DNA of 54,570 nt, from positions 1-54,570 of IMG/VR virus record IMGVR_UViG_3300035150_000119, one strand, 5' to 3'. Below are positions 46,299-54,570 of the stretch, piece by piece. A program made the translations under genes and the position numbers. The notes beneath the pieces were generated by a model, which did no database searches, was not told where the DNA came from, and was given only the letters and a program-made list of their open reading frames with translations. This DNA comes from a virus (Duplodnaviria > Caudoviricetes). The stretch's first letter is position 1. Every line of letters begins with the position of its first letter.

Positions 46299-47071
46299 AA
46301 CAACCTCCTAATTTCTGGAAATTCATTCAAAATTTTATTATACTCATTAGGATATAACAATTTATTTACATGAATTCTACCATATTGATAACAATTTATG
46401 TCTGCTAAATTATTAACCCTAACTTTCTTGAAATCTAATTCATATTTTCTTGATCGAGCATAAACGGGATGAATAGGAATATTTTCTGAATATGCATACG
46501 AAAAAATGTCAATAACAGTCCATTTTGCAATAGGCTGTAAAATATCAGACAGCTCTCTTTTATTATAATAGCTCTCACCTCTAATGTAAAAATTTATTCT
46601 TCTCATTTTACTTTCTTCTTTTCTCAAACCCAATATAGTACCATTTATTTCATATTTATCCATTATTTTCCATCGTGGCTTTTCTAAAACATTGTATGCA
46701 AAATTAACTCCTGTATGTTTCTTTTGGATATTTTCTTTTAAATCTTTTTTAAAAAATTCTTTATAATTATCAACAAATGTTTCTTCATAATTGTTGATAA
46801 TATATTTTTCTAATACATAATTACGCAATCTTAATGTTTCTTCAGCTTCAAAGCCTGCATTATTCCACATAACTAATTTTAATTTATTTAATAAATCATA
46901 TTTTGATAAAATATGTAATATCGTCATAGAGTCTTTCCCAAAAGATAACGCTAACAGAGTATTATGATTTTTGATAAAATTATTACATAGTTCTACAGTT
47001 TTATTTTCTAACCATTTTTTATGAAATCGTAGCTTTAATGGATAATTATGAAATTCCTTCATAAACAACAC
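46295..47071 (-). CDS. cysH: CysH/PAPS-reductase-like protein of type IV-B locus
   Basis: PP-loop SFGKDS, GLR.EES..R, P...W...D. Confidence 0.88.
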   Translation of the reverse strand: MLFMKEFHNYPLKLRFHKKWLENKTVELCNNFIKNHNTLLALSFGKDSMTILHILSKYDLLNKLKLVMWNNAGFEAEETLRLRNYVLEKYIINNYEETFVDNYKEFFKKDLKENIQKKHTGVNFAYNVLEKPRWKIMDKYEINGTILGLRKEESKMRRINFYIRGESYYNKRELSDILQPIAKWTVIDIFSYAYSENIPIHPVYARSRKYELDFKKVRVNNLADINCYQYGRIHVNKLLYPNEYNKILNEFPEIRRLL

Positions 47072-47796
47072 TCATATTCTTTACAATTTTTTCCAAAATA
47101 AGGCGATCTTATCGGGTTATATATAATATCATCATTTTTTATAGGTAATTTCTTTTGTCTTAAGTATACTAATGGCATCGGTCTTATATAATGTTTAGTT
47201 ACATTATCATATAATTCCAACTTATTTATTTCTTTAATTTTCATTTCACATTTTCCAAATCCTTGAGCCGTCCTTTTGCCTATATTTACACCCATATTCA
47301 ACAACATCTCTAAGATTTCAATATCACCAATACCTTTTATTATATATTTTTTTTTGGTTGAATACAAGACCGGTTTTTTATAATTTTTAAAAACTCCTCC
47401 ATTTAAACGAACTCTTTTATCTTTTACAATAGGAATTATCGGCTCCTCAGTTTTTTTTATCATAAAACAAATTTTATCAGGAATATCAAAAAACCCTCCA
47501 CAAAGATAAAAATATTCACGATACCCATTTTCAAAATGAAAATATTTTTTTTGGATAGGGACCTCAATATATAATCTTTCATCAAAATCTAATGACAAAT
47601 TAAAATACTGATCTTTTAAAACATGCCAAAAACAATAATGAGACATCACCGCATCAAAGAATAAAAAAGAATTTCCCACACGACCAATTTTAAAATTGAC
47701 CTCTATCTCAAATGGTTTATAATATTCTAATCTTTGCTTAAGATTATAATTCCAATTGTTAGCAAGTTCTTTTATTTTTTCTGATAATTTTCTCAT
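47059..47796 (-). CDS. csf3: Csf3 (type IV Cas5-like RAMP)
   Basis: FDA, G..K.Y..P, GD, G-loop IGKR..QGFG, RP.P, ..PY. Confidence 0.8.
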   Translation of the reverse strand: MRKLSEKIKELANNWNYNLKQRLEYYKPFEIEVNFKIGRVGNSFLFFDAVMSHYCFWHVLKDQYFNLSLDFDERLYIEVPIQKKYFHFENGYREYFYLCGGFFDIPDKICFMIKKTEEPIIPIVKDKRVRLNGGVFKNYKKPVLYSTKKKYIIKGIGDIEILEMLLNMGVNIGKRTAQGFGKCEMKIKEINKLELYDNVTKHYIRPMPLVYLRQKKLPIKNDDIIYNPIRSPYFGKNCKEYECCL

Positions 47797-47797
47797 A

Positions 47798-48982
47798 TTA
47801 CATACTCATAACATAATTTTTAATTTTTTCTTTATTTTCTTCAAGATATTTTTCAGCCAATTCAGGATTAATTTCATAATTATTTAACAATCTATATTCA
47901 ACTCTCCCAAATCCAGCTCGTCCCATCCCCCCTATCTTACCGTCTTTTTGAAGTTGAACTAATGCAAGATCAAAAAAAGATTTTTCTAATTCAGAAAGAT
48001 AAAAAGTATTTATCGACCATGCAAAACTGGATCCGGTTTCAACGCAAATAGCTGAATATTTCATTTGAATTGCAGATGATTTCTTTTTTTCGGTTTCTTC
48101 ACTAACAATACCTTCAAAATCATCACGACGAGTCATGAAATATTCCTTCAAAAAACTCATGCCATCTCGTTTGATTTCTGGATTTGTTTCCATACAATCT
48201 AATAATGCGAAATTCCAATTCATCTTACCCGGTAAATCTTCTTTGCCTAACATTGCACCAAAAATTGATAAGAAAGGCAGTTGCTCTCTTAATTTAATTT
48301 TTTCTTCAATATTCAAAAATCCGTCGGCAGTAGTTAACATCCCACCATTGAAAAAAGTATAATAAATTTCAGCTCTCAATTCTCTTTGATAATCATTACC
48401 AAAAATTTTTGAAAAAACATAATTCATTAAACATCTTCTTGTATGCCCTCTTAATGAATTACCCGGTATTACCGGGATTGTTATATCAATCTCAACCTCA
48501 CAAAGATCATCGTTAATCTCAAATTCATTTTTGAATAATGAAGAATCTTCACAATAGACCGCAGATGTAACAAAAATATCTATATTTTCTCTTGCCCATT
48601 GGATCAAACTCATATTTTCTTCTCTATTCAAAGTTAATGCAAATTTTGTAACATATTGATAACAATCAGATGATGACAATTCAACCTTATCTTTTAGATT
48701 CGTAAAAAAACTCGATATAGTATTTGTCATCAAAGAAACAAAAACACGATCACGAAAAATATCGGCATAACTACGATAACCGTAACTTTCATGTCGAGTA
48801 TTTCTGTATACACTTCCAACAATTTTAATAAATTCTTTTAATTTTTCTTTATCTACTTTAACAACTTTTTTTTCTTCCTGTGGTAAATGTAAAAGATAAG
48901 GCATACTAATTGTAGATACAGAATCGCTACCAACATGGATAGGACTCAAAGCATTAATTTTAAATTCAATCGTTTGGATCAT
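47798..48982 (-). CDS. csf2: Csf2 (type IV Cas7) with large helical insertion
   Basis: A.SPIH.G, P.IPGNSLRG..R, F.GG.L, P..SIFG, TR.DD, QM.Y, IGG....GFG. Confidence 0.88.
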   Translation of the reverse strand: MIQTIEFKINALSPIHVGSDSVSTISMPYLLHLPQEEKKVVKVDKEKLKEFIKIVGSVYRNTRHESYGYRSYADIFRDRVFVSLMTNTISSFFTNLKDKVELSSSDCYQYVTKFALTLNREENMSLIQWARENIDIFVTSAVYCEDSSLFKNEFEINDDLCEVEIDITIPVIPGNSLRGHTRRCLMNYVFSKIFGNDYQRELRAEIYYTFFNGGMLTTADGFLNIEEKIKLREQLPFLSIFGAMLGKEDLPGKMNWNFALLDCMETNPEIKRDGMSFLKEYFMTRRDDFEGIVSEETEKKKSSAIQMKYSAICVETGSSFAWSINTFYLSELEKSFFDLALVQLQKDGKIGGMGRAGFGRVEYRLLNNYEINPELAEKYLEENKEKIKNYVMSM

Positions 48983-49643
48983 CTTTTTTCTCCTTCATTA
49001 AACAATCAATAATCAATTCATAACATTGATTGTTTTTATATTTTTTTATTTTAACAATATCATTAAAACTTAATTGATATTTGCTAATCTTTTTTGGATT
49101 TATTACACAAGATTTTAATTCATCTTTGGATATACCTAATTGAAATAGATTATTAACTATTTTATATATGTCTTTATATTTGTTTCTTTCAAATAAAATA
49201 TTATTTTCTTCTGTGCATACCCAAAATTTATTTTCATAATGAGATAATCTTGCTTTATAAAAAATATGTTTTTGTCCAGTTTTAGAAAAACATAATAAAA
49301 AAGGTGTTTGATATTCATAATTAAATAGATAATCTATTTTTTCTTTCATATCTATCGTTTTAAATTTTTTATTTTCAATAATAAAACTATACAATCTTAA
49401 TCCACATCGTTTCCCTTTCGGAGAATCTAAATAATTATCATTTAATAACTTTTGACAATAATCACAAATCAAATTAGAATTACGATATTTCATGTCAACA
49501 TAACCATTGAATGATTTAGATAATATTTTTTCTCGGGTTTCAAAATTATTAGCTTTTTCAATACCGCACATGCAACATTGTCCCTCAATATTATCTTTAT
49601 AATTTTTTTGTTCAATTGCTTCAACAATAATTTTTGAAATCAT
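48966..49643 (-). CDS. csf1: Csf1 (type IV Cas8-like large subunit)
   Basis: C.MCG and C.YC zinc pairs, PF......GQKH motif; heads csf2-csf3-cysH. Confidence 0.8.
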   Translation of the reverse strand: MISKIIVEAIEQKNYKDNIEGQCCMCGIEKANNFETREKILSKSFNGYVDMKYRNSNLICDYCQKLLNDNYLDSPKGKRCGLRLYSFIIENKKFKTIDMKEKIDYLFNYEYQTPFLLCFSKTGQKHIFYKARLSHYENKFWVCTEENNILFERNKYKDIYKIVNNLFQLGISKDELKSCVINPKKISKYQLSFNDIVKIKKYKNNQCYELIIDCLMKEKKDDPND

Positions 49644-49646
49644 TTT

Positions 49647-50378
49647 TTATTCCACCTTTAAATTGTTAAATTCATTATATATTTTCATTATTTTGTCCGG
49701 ATAATATTCCTTTTCTTTTCGAATATATACTGCCTGTTTGATCGATTTAATGTCATCCCTATCAATCACGTGTTTTATTATCATTTCAGAATTACAATTA
49801 TAAGCCAGTAATAATCTTTCGTTTAGATTTTTATGGGTTTGTTTTTCAAGCTTTCTTTTATTCTGCTGCATCATCCGAAACCACATTCGAGTTACAAGTA
49901 ATAAATCATCGCATCCTTCATGATTATCATAACCGGTCAAACCCTTCCATGTCTGTCTCATGAATTGCAAGAATGATTTTTCTCCATGCCCCCCTATTGC
50001 TTCATTATTGAATTCACTCTCGCCGAATCCCATCGCAAGAAAAAGTATAGGACTCATTCCTGTTTCCTCAGATAATTCAAATGCTAACGAACTAATCTTA
50101 ATTTGATCTTCCTCTTCGAACTTCGCTTCTTTTATCTTGAAAATATATAATGCTTTTTTTATATAATTTTCTTTTCGTTCCTGATAAGACAAAACAAGAT
50201 CGGATTTCCGGTATTGGTCAAAATTATAATATGACTTCATAAATGATTCATTTTGCTCAATATTTAATCTTAATAAAAATATTATAAAAACAATTAATAT
50301 GGCAATAATTAAAGTCATTACAATCATTATGCAAAGATAGACTATCTTATGATGCCCTTGAGGATATTGTTTTTTCAT
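49647..50378 (-). CDS. Membrane-anchored lytic transglycosylase (SLT-like)
   Basis: ES.F...A, GE....Q....TW, AYN; N-terminal TM. Confidence 0.8.
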   Translation of the reverse strand: MKKQYPQGHHKIVYLCIMIVMTLIIAILIVFIIFLLRLNIEQNESFMKSYYNFDQYRKSDLVLSYQERKENYIKKALYIFKIKEAKFEEEDQIKISSLAFELSEETGMSPILFLAMGFGESEFNNEAIGGHGEKSFLQFMRQTWKGLTGYDNHEGCDDLLLVTRMWFRMMQQNKRKLEKQTHKNLNERLLLAYNCNSEMIIKHVIDRDDIKSIKQAVYIRKEKEYYPDKIMKIYNEFNNLKVE

Positions 50379-50629
50379 AATTTGCCTCCTTCTAATATAT
50401 TTTCAAACAATTCTATTGCCTCACATAATAACTCAGAAATAAAATCATTTGTATGTATCTTTGATGCCTGCTTACACCAAGCATTTATTCTTTTTCTTAA
50501 CATACTGTCTTTTATTTTTGATATAGAATTTTTCATACACCAATCAGACAACTCTTCAATTTTGATATCTTTTTCTTTTATGATTTGTTCAAAATCTTTC
50601 TTTAATTTATTCATTTTCTTATATTTCAT
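50375..50629 (-). CDS. Hypothetical protein
   Basis: ATGA-coupled ORF. Confidence 0.6.
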   Translation of the reverse strand: MKYKKMNKLKKDFEQIIKEKDIKIEELSDWCMKNSISKIKDSMLRKRINAWCKQASKIHTNDFISELLCEAIELFENILEGGKL

Positions 50630-50955
50630 TTAATTATTTTATATTCAATTTCAGGATATAAAGCTTTAAACAATTTATATTTAATTTTAAAATCTTTTGT
50701 CTCATATCCTTTTACATCGTGAACCTCTTTAATTCCATTTTTATTTATTACTTCAAAATCTATTCGATGGCTACAAATTAAAATATTGTTAACCTTTAGT
50801 TTATAAGTTACTTGCGTTTTATAACTTTGGATTTCTCCTGCTAATCTTAAATATCTTAATTGGTTACAATAATTTGCCTCAGCAATACTTTGATGATTAT
50901 GCCCTGAAATACATCTAGTCCATTTATTTTTATATTTATTTTTAGCCCTTATCAT
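50626..50955 (-). CDS. DUF1064-like endonuclease
   Basis: KY.N, S..EA, Q..Y, DF, DVKG..T..FKIK.KLF. Confidence 0.85.
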   Translation of the reverse strand: MIRAKNKYKNKWTRCISGHNHQSIAEANYCNQLRYLRLAGEIQSYKTQVTYKLKVNNILICSHRIDFEVINKNGIKEVHDVKGYETKDFKIKYKLFKALYPEIEYKIIK

Positions 50956-51244
50956 TCTTCATCAACCTCCCGTTACAATACAAACAACATGCTGATTTTA
51001 GGTTATCATCTGAATGTATATAATCTTTACCATATTTTTTTATATTGCTCTTAGTTGCTGGCAAAACGTGTGCTAACTGCGGAGTCCCATATTGATATAT
51101 ATAGCCAAAACAATTTTGACAAATGTAATCATCTCTTATGAAGACTCTCAGTTTTGTTTCTGCTATTTTATATTTTTCTTTTTGCGTCATAATAAAATGG
51201 CGGCCAGCTAACCCGCTAACCCGCCAACCTAAACAATACATCAT
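50942..51244 (-). CDS. HNH/NinG-like nuclease (start probably MTQKEK)
   Basis: RD.YICQ.C, AH, NL...C...CN. Confidence 0.75.
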   Translation of the reverse strand: MMYCLGWRVSGLAGRHFIMTQKEKYKIAETKLRVFIRDDYICQNCFGYIYQYGTPQLAHVLPATKSNIKKYGKDYIHSDDNLKSACCLYCNGRLMKNDKG

Positions 51245-51278
51245 TCAAAATATATTTTATTACCCTTCTACAAAGGGC

Positions 51279-51533
51279 TTAATTCCAATTATATAATATA
51301 TTTGTTAATATTTCAGCTAAATAATTGATACCATCACGCATGTATGAATCATCATTATTTAACTCGTCTTTTATTTTTTCAATATTTTTCTGTCCTCGAA
51401 TTTCAGCCCGATTCCTATTTAATCTTGCGTTTTTTATTTCACATCGTTTGCAAATATATGAATATCTTTTATGTACTGAATGATAGAAAAATCTATCGAT
51501 TGTTTTATCAAATCCACATTGTTTACAAATCAT
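51279..51533 (-). CDS. Zinc-finger protein
   Basis: CKQCG..K....F...CKRC. Confidence 0.65.
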   Translation of the reverse strand: MICKQCGFDKTIDRFFYHSVHKRYSYICKRCEIKNARLNRNRAEIRGQKNIEKIKDELNNDDSYMRDGINYLAEILTNILYNWN

Positions 51534-51901
51534 CGACTATTTTTCTCCAATATTTCAAACGCTTTATATATTGCTTGTTCTTTTGCTTCTTGACGAAAGT
51601 TTTCATTTCCGGAAATAGTATCTAATTTTGATGATAATGAATATATAATATAATCATAACGTAAATACAATAAATTGTGTGCTATATTTATTATTATCCC
51701 AATATCATCAAAAAACTTTTCTATATCACAATAGCAAAGATAAATTGGATCACTTCCTTCTACCTGAAAATATATTTCTTTTTCCTTAATAAATATAACT
51801 TGATAAAAATTATCTCCACCATATTTTTTATTTAAATATTCTATACATTTATCAAAACTTTTAGGATACTCTTTTTTTATTTTATTCCAGTCTATATTCA
51901 T
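51530..51901 (-). CDS. Phage hypothetical protein
   Basis: GGAGG RBS; FFD..GI.I and R.EA...A..KAFE.LE. Confidence 0.7.
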   Translation of the reverse strand: MNIDWNKIKKEYPKSFDKCIEYLNKKYGGDNFYQVIFIKEKEIYFQVEGSDPIYLCYCDIEKFFDDIGIIINIAHNLLYLRYDYIIYSLSSKLDTISGNENFRQEAKEQAIYKAFEILEKNSR

Positions 51902-52088
51902 TTATTCCTCCTGTAACAATATTCATTTAATACTTTTATTATTTTTTGTTTTAATATTTCTGTTTCTTGATAATATCCGATTGCTTTTAATTCTAATTTA
52001 TATTTATTTGGGTTACAATCAGTTGTTTGTTTTGGCATTATTTCAATGGTAAATTTTATATCCATCTTCTTCCTTTTAATTTATTCAT

Positions 52089-52289
52089 TTAATACTTTGA
52101 TTTTTGTCCACTAATTAATTCCCAACTAGGATCTAAATTAAATTGTTCTCTTGCTTTTTTTATCATTTCTTCTAAACTACTACCATATACATATATTTCA
52201 ATACCTCTTATTTCAGGAAATTCAACCTCTCTTTTTGTAGAGAGGTTTTTTCTAAATTCTAATTTACTTTCTTGATAAATACTTGCCAT
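52089..52289 (-). CDS. Hypothetical protein
   Basis: GGGAG RBS. Confidence 0.6.
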   Translation of the reverse strand: MASIYQESKLEFRKNLSTKREVEFPEIRGIEIYVYGSSLEEMIKKAREQFNLDPSWELISGQKSKY

Positions 52290-52457
52290 ATTATTCTCCC
52301 TTTAATTTTCCAACAACTTTTATATTTTCATCATAGATTTTATTATTAAAAATAAATAGACCATGATATAAATTGTTTCTACGCTCTTCGTCTTTTTTTA
52401 TTAAACTAAATAAATCAGCTTTAAAATCTATTGGTATAACATCTTCTTTCACTATAT

Positions 52458-53183
52458 TCAGCATAAATTTAATATCCTCCTAAAAAGTATACACGCTATC
52501 TGAGGTACAATTGAATTCCCGAGTCCTGCAAGTCGCTCCACCCTATTGGGTAACCCATCATCCATTCCCTGAAAATCACGGAATGCGCCAAGTCCTCTCG
52601 CCCAATCAGGTACAAAAAATGATTCAGCCTCATCTGTTTTAACGTTTTTTCTGCCGGAAGATTGCATTTGTACGCTTTGTAATCCGTTGCAACCGGGGTA
52701 GGCAACAACCCAGATTCTCTCTCTTTTATGCGGCGCACCCATTTCGGCTGCCGAAATATTCTGCCATTCCGCATCATACCCGACTTCGGCAAGTGTTCCA
52801 AGTATTCTATCGAGTCCTGAAAAAGAGAGAGCTGACACGTTTTCAATAATTGCAAACGCTGGTCGTAAATCCCTAATAATTCGCCATGCTTCAAACCAAA
52901 GACCGGACCGACTTCCTTCGATCCCATCTCCTTTGCCGGCAATTGAAATGTCCTGACATGGAAATCCTGCTGTAATAGCCCATTCTTTTCCATATTTCTT
53001 TAACTCCATTGTATCAATCTCTCTTATATCCCCAAGCTGTATAGATTCAGGGAACCGCTTCTTATACAGCCGTATGCAATATGGGTCAATGTCCGAACTA
53101 AAATGTTTTTCTACTTTCATGCCTGCCCAGTATGCCCCGAGTGCGAAACCTCCTATCCCAGAAAATAGGTCAATATAATTCAT
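52458..53183 (-). CDS. C5-cytosine DNA methyltransferase, alpha chain (motifs I-VIII and X)
   Basis: DLFSGIGG, GFPCQD.S, ENV, GAPH.RER, LGNS.VP. Confidence 0.93.
   Translation of the reverse strand: MNYIDLFSGIGGFALGAYWAGMKVEKHFSSDIDPYCIRLYKKRFPESIQLGDIREIDTMELKKYGKEWAITAGFPCQDISIAGKGDGIEGSRSGLWFEAWRIIRDLRPAFAIIENVSALSFSGLDRILGTLAEVGYDAEWQNISAAEMGAPHKRERIWVVAYPGCNGLQSVQMQSSGRKNVKTDEAESFFVPDWARGLGAFRDFQGMDDGLPNRVERLAGLGNSIVPQIACILFRRILNLC
52496..52993 (-). CDS. Overlapping-frame methyltransferase beta chain (TRD plus motif IX)
   Basis: LLPTP.A.DYK and EWMMGYPIGWS in an alternative frame. Confidence 0.7.
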   Translation of the reverse strand: MEKNGLLQQDFHVRTFQLPAKEMGSKEVGPVFGLKHGELLGIYDQRLQLLKTCQLSLFQDSIEYLEHLPKSGMMRNGRIFRQPKWVRRIKERESGLLPTPVATDYKAYKCNLPAEKTLKQMRLNHFLYLIGREDLAHSVIFREWMMGYPIGWSDLQDSGIQLYLR

Positions 53184-53853
53184 TTTTATCTCTTAATATT
53201 TCATAGTTTTTTAAATAATTATTAGGATAATGCTCCTGTATTGATTTAACAAGCCAACCAATTATACCACCAAAAAACCCCTTATATCCTATTTGTATTT
53301 TATTTTTTGTATGTTTATACCCAAAAAAACACGGAGGTAGATGTGTAATAAGATCACCACCATTGACTATTCTATAATGATTTTTTATATGTTTATTAAA
53401 ATATTTAGAAGCTTTCCTGTTAAAAACTCTTGGACTCCCCGCAGTTATAATTTCAATACTTTTAGCCCATCCAAAAATATCTAATGCAAATAATTGACCT
53501 AGCGTTGCACCTAGACTATGTCCTATAATTATTATTTTATATCCAAAAATATCTTCAATTTTTTTCGCAAAACATTCATATATAACAAACGATAATTCCC
53601 AAAATCCTTTATGAACTTTTCCATATTTTGTTTTAATTTTAGAATATTTCATATTATATTTCCAGTCCTCAAAATCATCACTCCCTCGAATCACAACTAT
53701 AATCTCTTTTTCTTTATTGTCAATCAAATAATAAAATACAATGTTATCTTTCTCGACTTTTTTATAGCCATCAAGTGATTTATTCTTGCCATATTTACCG
53801 CCATAAGACATAACCATTTGCTGTAATGCCTTATAGATTTGTTTTTCTTTCAT
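53170..53853 (-). CDS. Class 3 lipase
   Basis: RGS, VH.GF, GHSLG, GSPRV, D...LPP, H. Confidence 0.9.
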   Translation of the reverse strand: MKEKQIYKALQQMVMSYGGKYGKNKSLDGYKKVEKDNIVFYYLIDNKEKEIIVVIRGSDDFEDWKYNMKYSKIKTKYGKVHKGFWELSFVIYECFAKKIEDIFGYKIIIIGHSLGATLGQLFALDIFGWAKSIEIITAGSPRVFNRKASKYFNKHIKNHYRIVNGGDLITHLPPCFFGYKHTKNKIQIGYKGFFGGIIGWLVKSIQEHYPNNYLKNYEILRDKNELY

Positions 53854-54181
53854 TTGTTTTACTCCTAATTAATAAATATATTTCTCTTGGTGCACATTCA
53901 AAAAACTTAAATAATGCAGGGCATAACCATCCTCGCATATTATTTTCAAAAATATACCAATTCCCCCCATACTCCTCTTTTTCCCATATTAATTTGAAAT
54001 TATAGTCAGGAAATTGAGAATTTGAAAAATAGCAATCGAACACTGTTGCATCACCAACTATCTTATTGATAATTTCAGGAATACCTGACACAAAAGGCTC
54101 TTTTACTAATCCTCTTTCTTTGTCGTCAAATACCCATGCCGCCCCAAATTTATATATTTGAATATAAAATATATTATTCAT
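53831..54181 (-). CDS. Conserved hypothetical protein
   Basis: WVFDD...L..EPFV.G, GGNWY, GWLCPAL..FF...P..IY. Confidence 0.8.
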   Translation of the reverse strand: MNNIFYIQIYKFGAAWVFDDKERGLVKEPFVSGIPEIINKIVGDATVFDCYFSNSQFPDYNFKLIWEKEEYGGNWYIFENNMRGWLCPALFKFFECAPREIYLLIRSKTNERKTNL

Positions 54182-54570
54182 CCTTCGCCCCCTTGCTTCT
54201 CAGTAATTCTATAATGTCATTATAGCCACAAAAATTCGCCCATATCAATGTTGTACTGCCATAATTATTTTTCGCATTCACATCAGCTCCATTGTCAATC
54301 AATAGTCTAACAATATCAATATGACCAAAGCGACTCGCAAACATCAATGCTGTATACTCATATTTATCTCTGACATTAACATCAGCTCCATTGTCAATCA
54401 ATAGTCTAACAATATCAATATGACCATTACGACTAGCCAATAACAATGCAGTATAGCCATTGCCACCCTTAGCATTCACATCAGCTCCATGATCAATTAA
54501 GTGTTCGATAACATTAATATCAGCATTCCATAGAACCCATACCTGCCAGTCAATTTCAGCCTCATTATAT
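54174..54570 (-). CDS. Ankyrin repeat protein, 5'-truncated by the window edge
   Basis: Frame open to the window end (YNEAEIDWQVWVLWNAD...), three full repeats. Confidence 0.9.
   Translation of the reverse strand, partial: YNEAEIDWQVWVLWNADINVIEHLIDHGADVNAKGGNGYTALLLASRNGHIDIVRLLIDNGADVNVRDKYEYTALMFASRFGHIDIVRLLIDNGADVNAKNNYGSTTLIWANFCGYNDIIELLRSKGAKDE

Noticed and set aside
8330-51625. Numerous plus-strand ORFs in the track (e.g. 12869..13273, 14489..15022, 20357..20716, 31208..31636)
   Set aside because: Antisense shadows of well-supported minus-strand genes, without RBS or motifs
1-54570. Stop-codon reassignment
   Set aside because: Conserved genes are full length under code 11 and end in TAA, TGA and TAG

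Overview
AT-rich tailed-phage sequence, probably a near-complete circularly permuted genome. The window starts in the 5' end of an ankyrin gene and ends in the 3' part of an ankyrin gene that fits it, with about 14 codons missing. Layout: (i) divergent early regions (1-7.8 kb): a leftward array of tiny genes separated by three twister ribozymes and one hammerhead-like element, and a rightward PD-(D/E)XK nuclease/SSB/NinB-like arm with a tRNA-like RNA; (ii) a long minus-strand late region with M23 endolysin, a beta-propeller tail fibre, a Mu/SfV-type contractile tail, an HK97-type head, an intein-containing portal and terminase; (iii) a nonulosonic-acid-type sugar pathway with a Maf-family glycosyltransferase directly upstream of terminase; (iv) an array-less type IV-B CRISPR-Cas-like operon (csf1-csf2-csf3-cysH) in which a Cas11-like domain appears inserted inside Cas7, followed by a coupled 14-aa peptide ORF; (v) a dual-frame C5 DNA methyltransferase, a class 3 lipase and paralogous ankyrin proteins. 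I recognised no integrase, repressor, helicase, primase, polymerase, reverse transcriptase or CRISPR array. All calls are from motif reading by eye; no searches were run.
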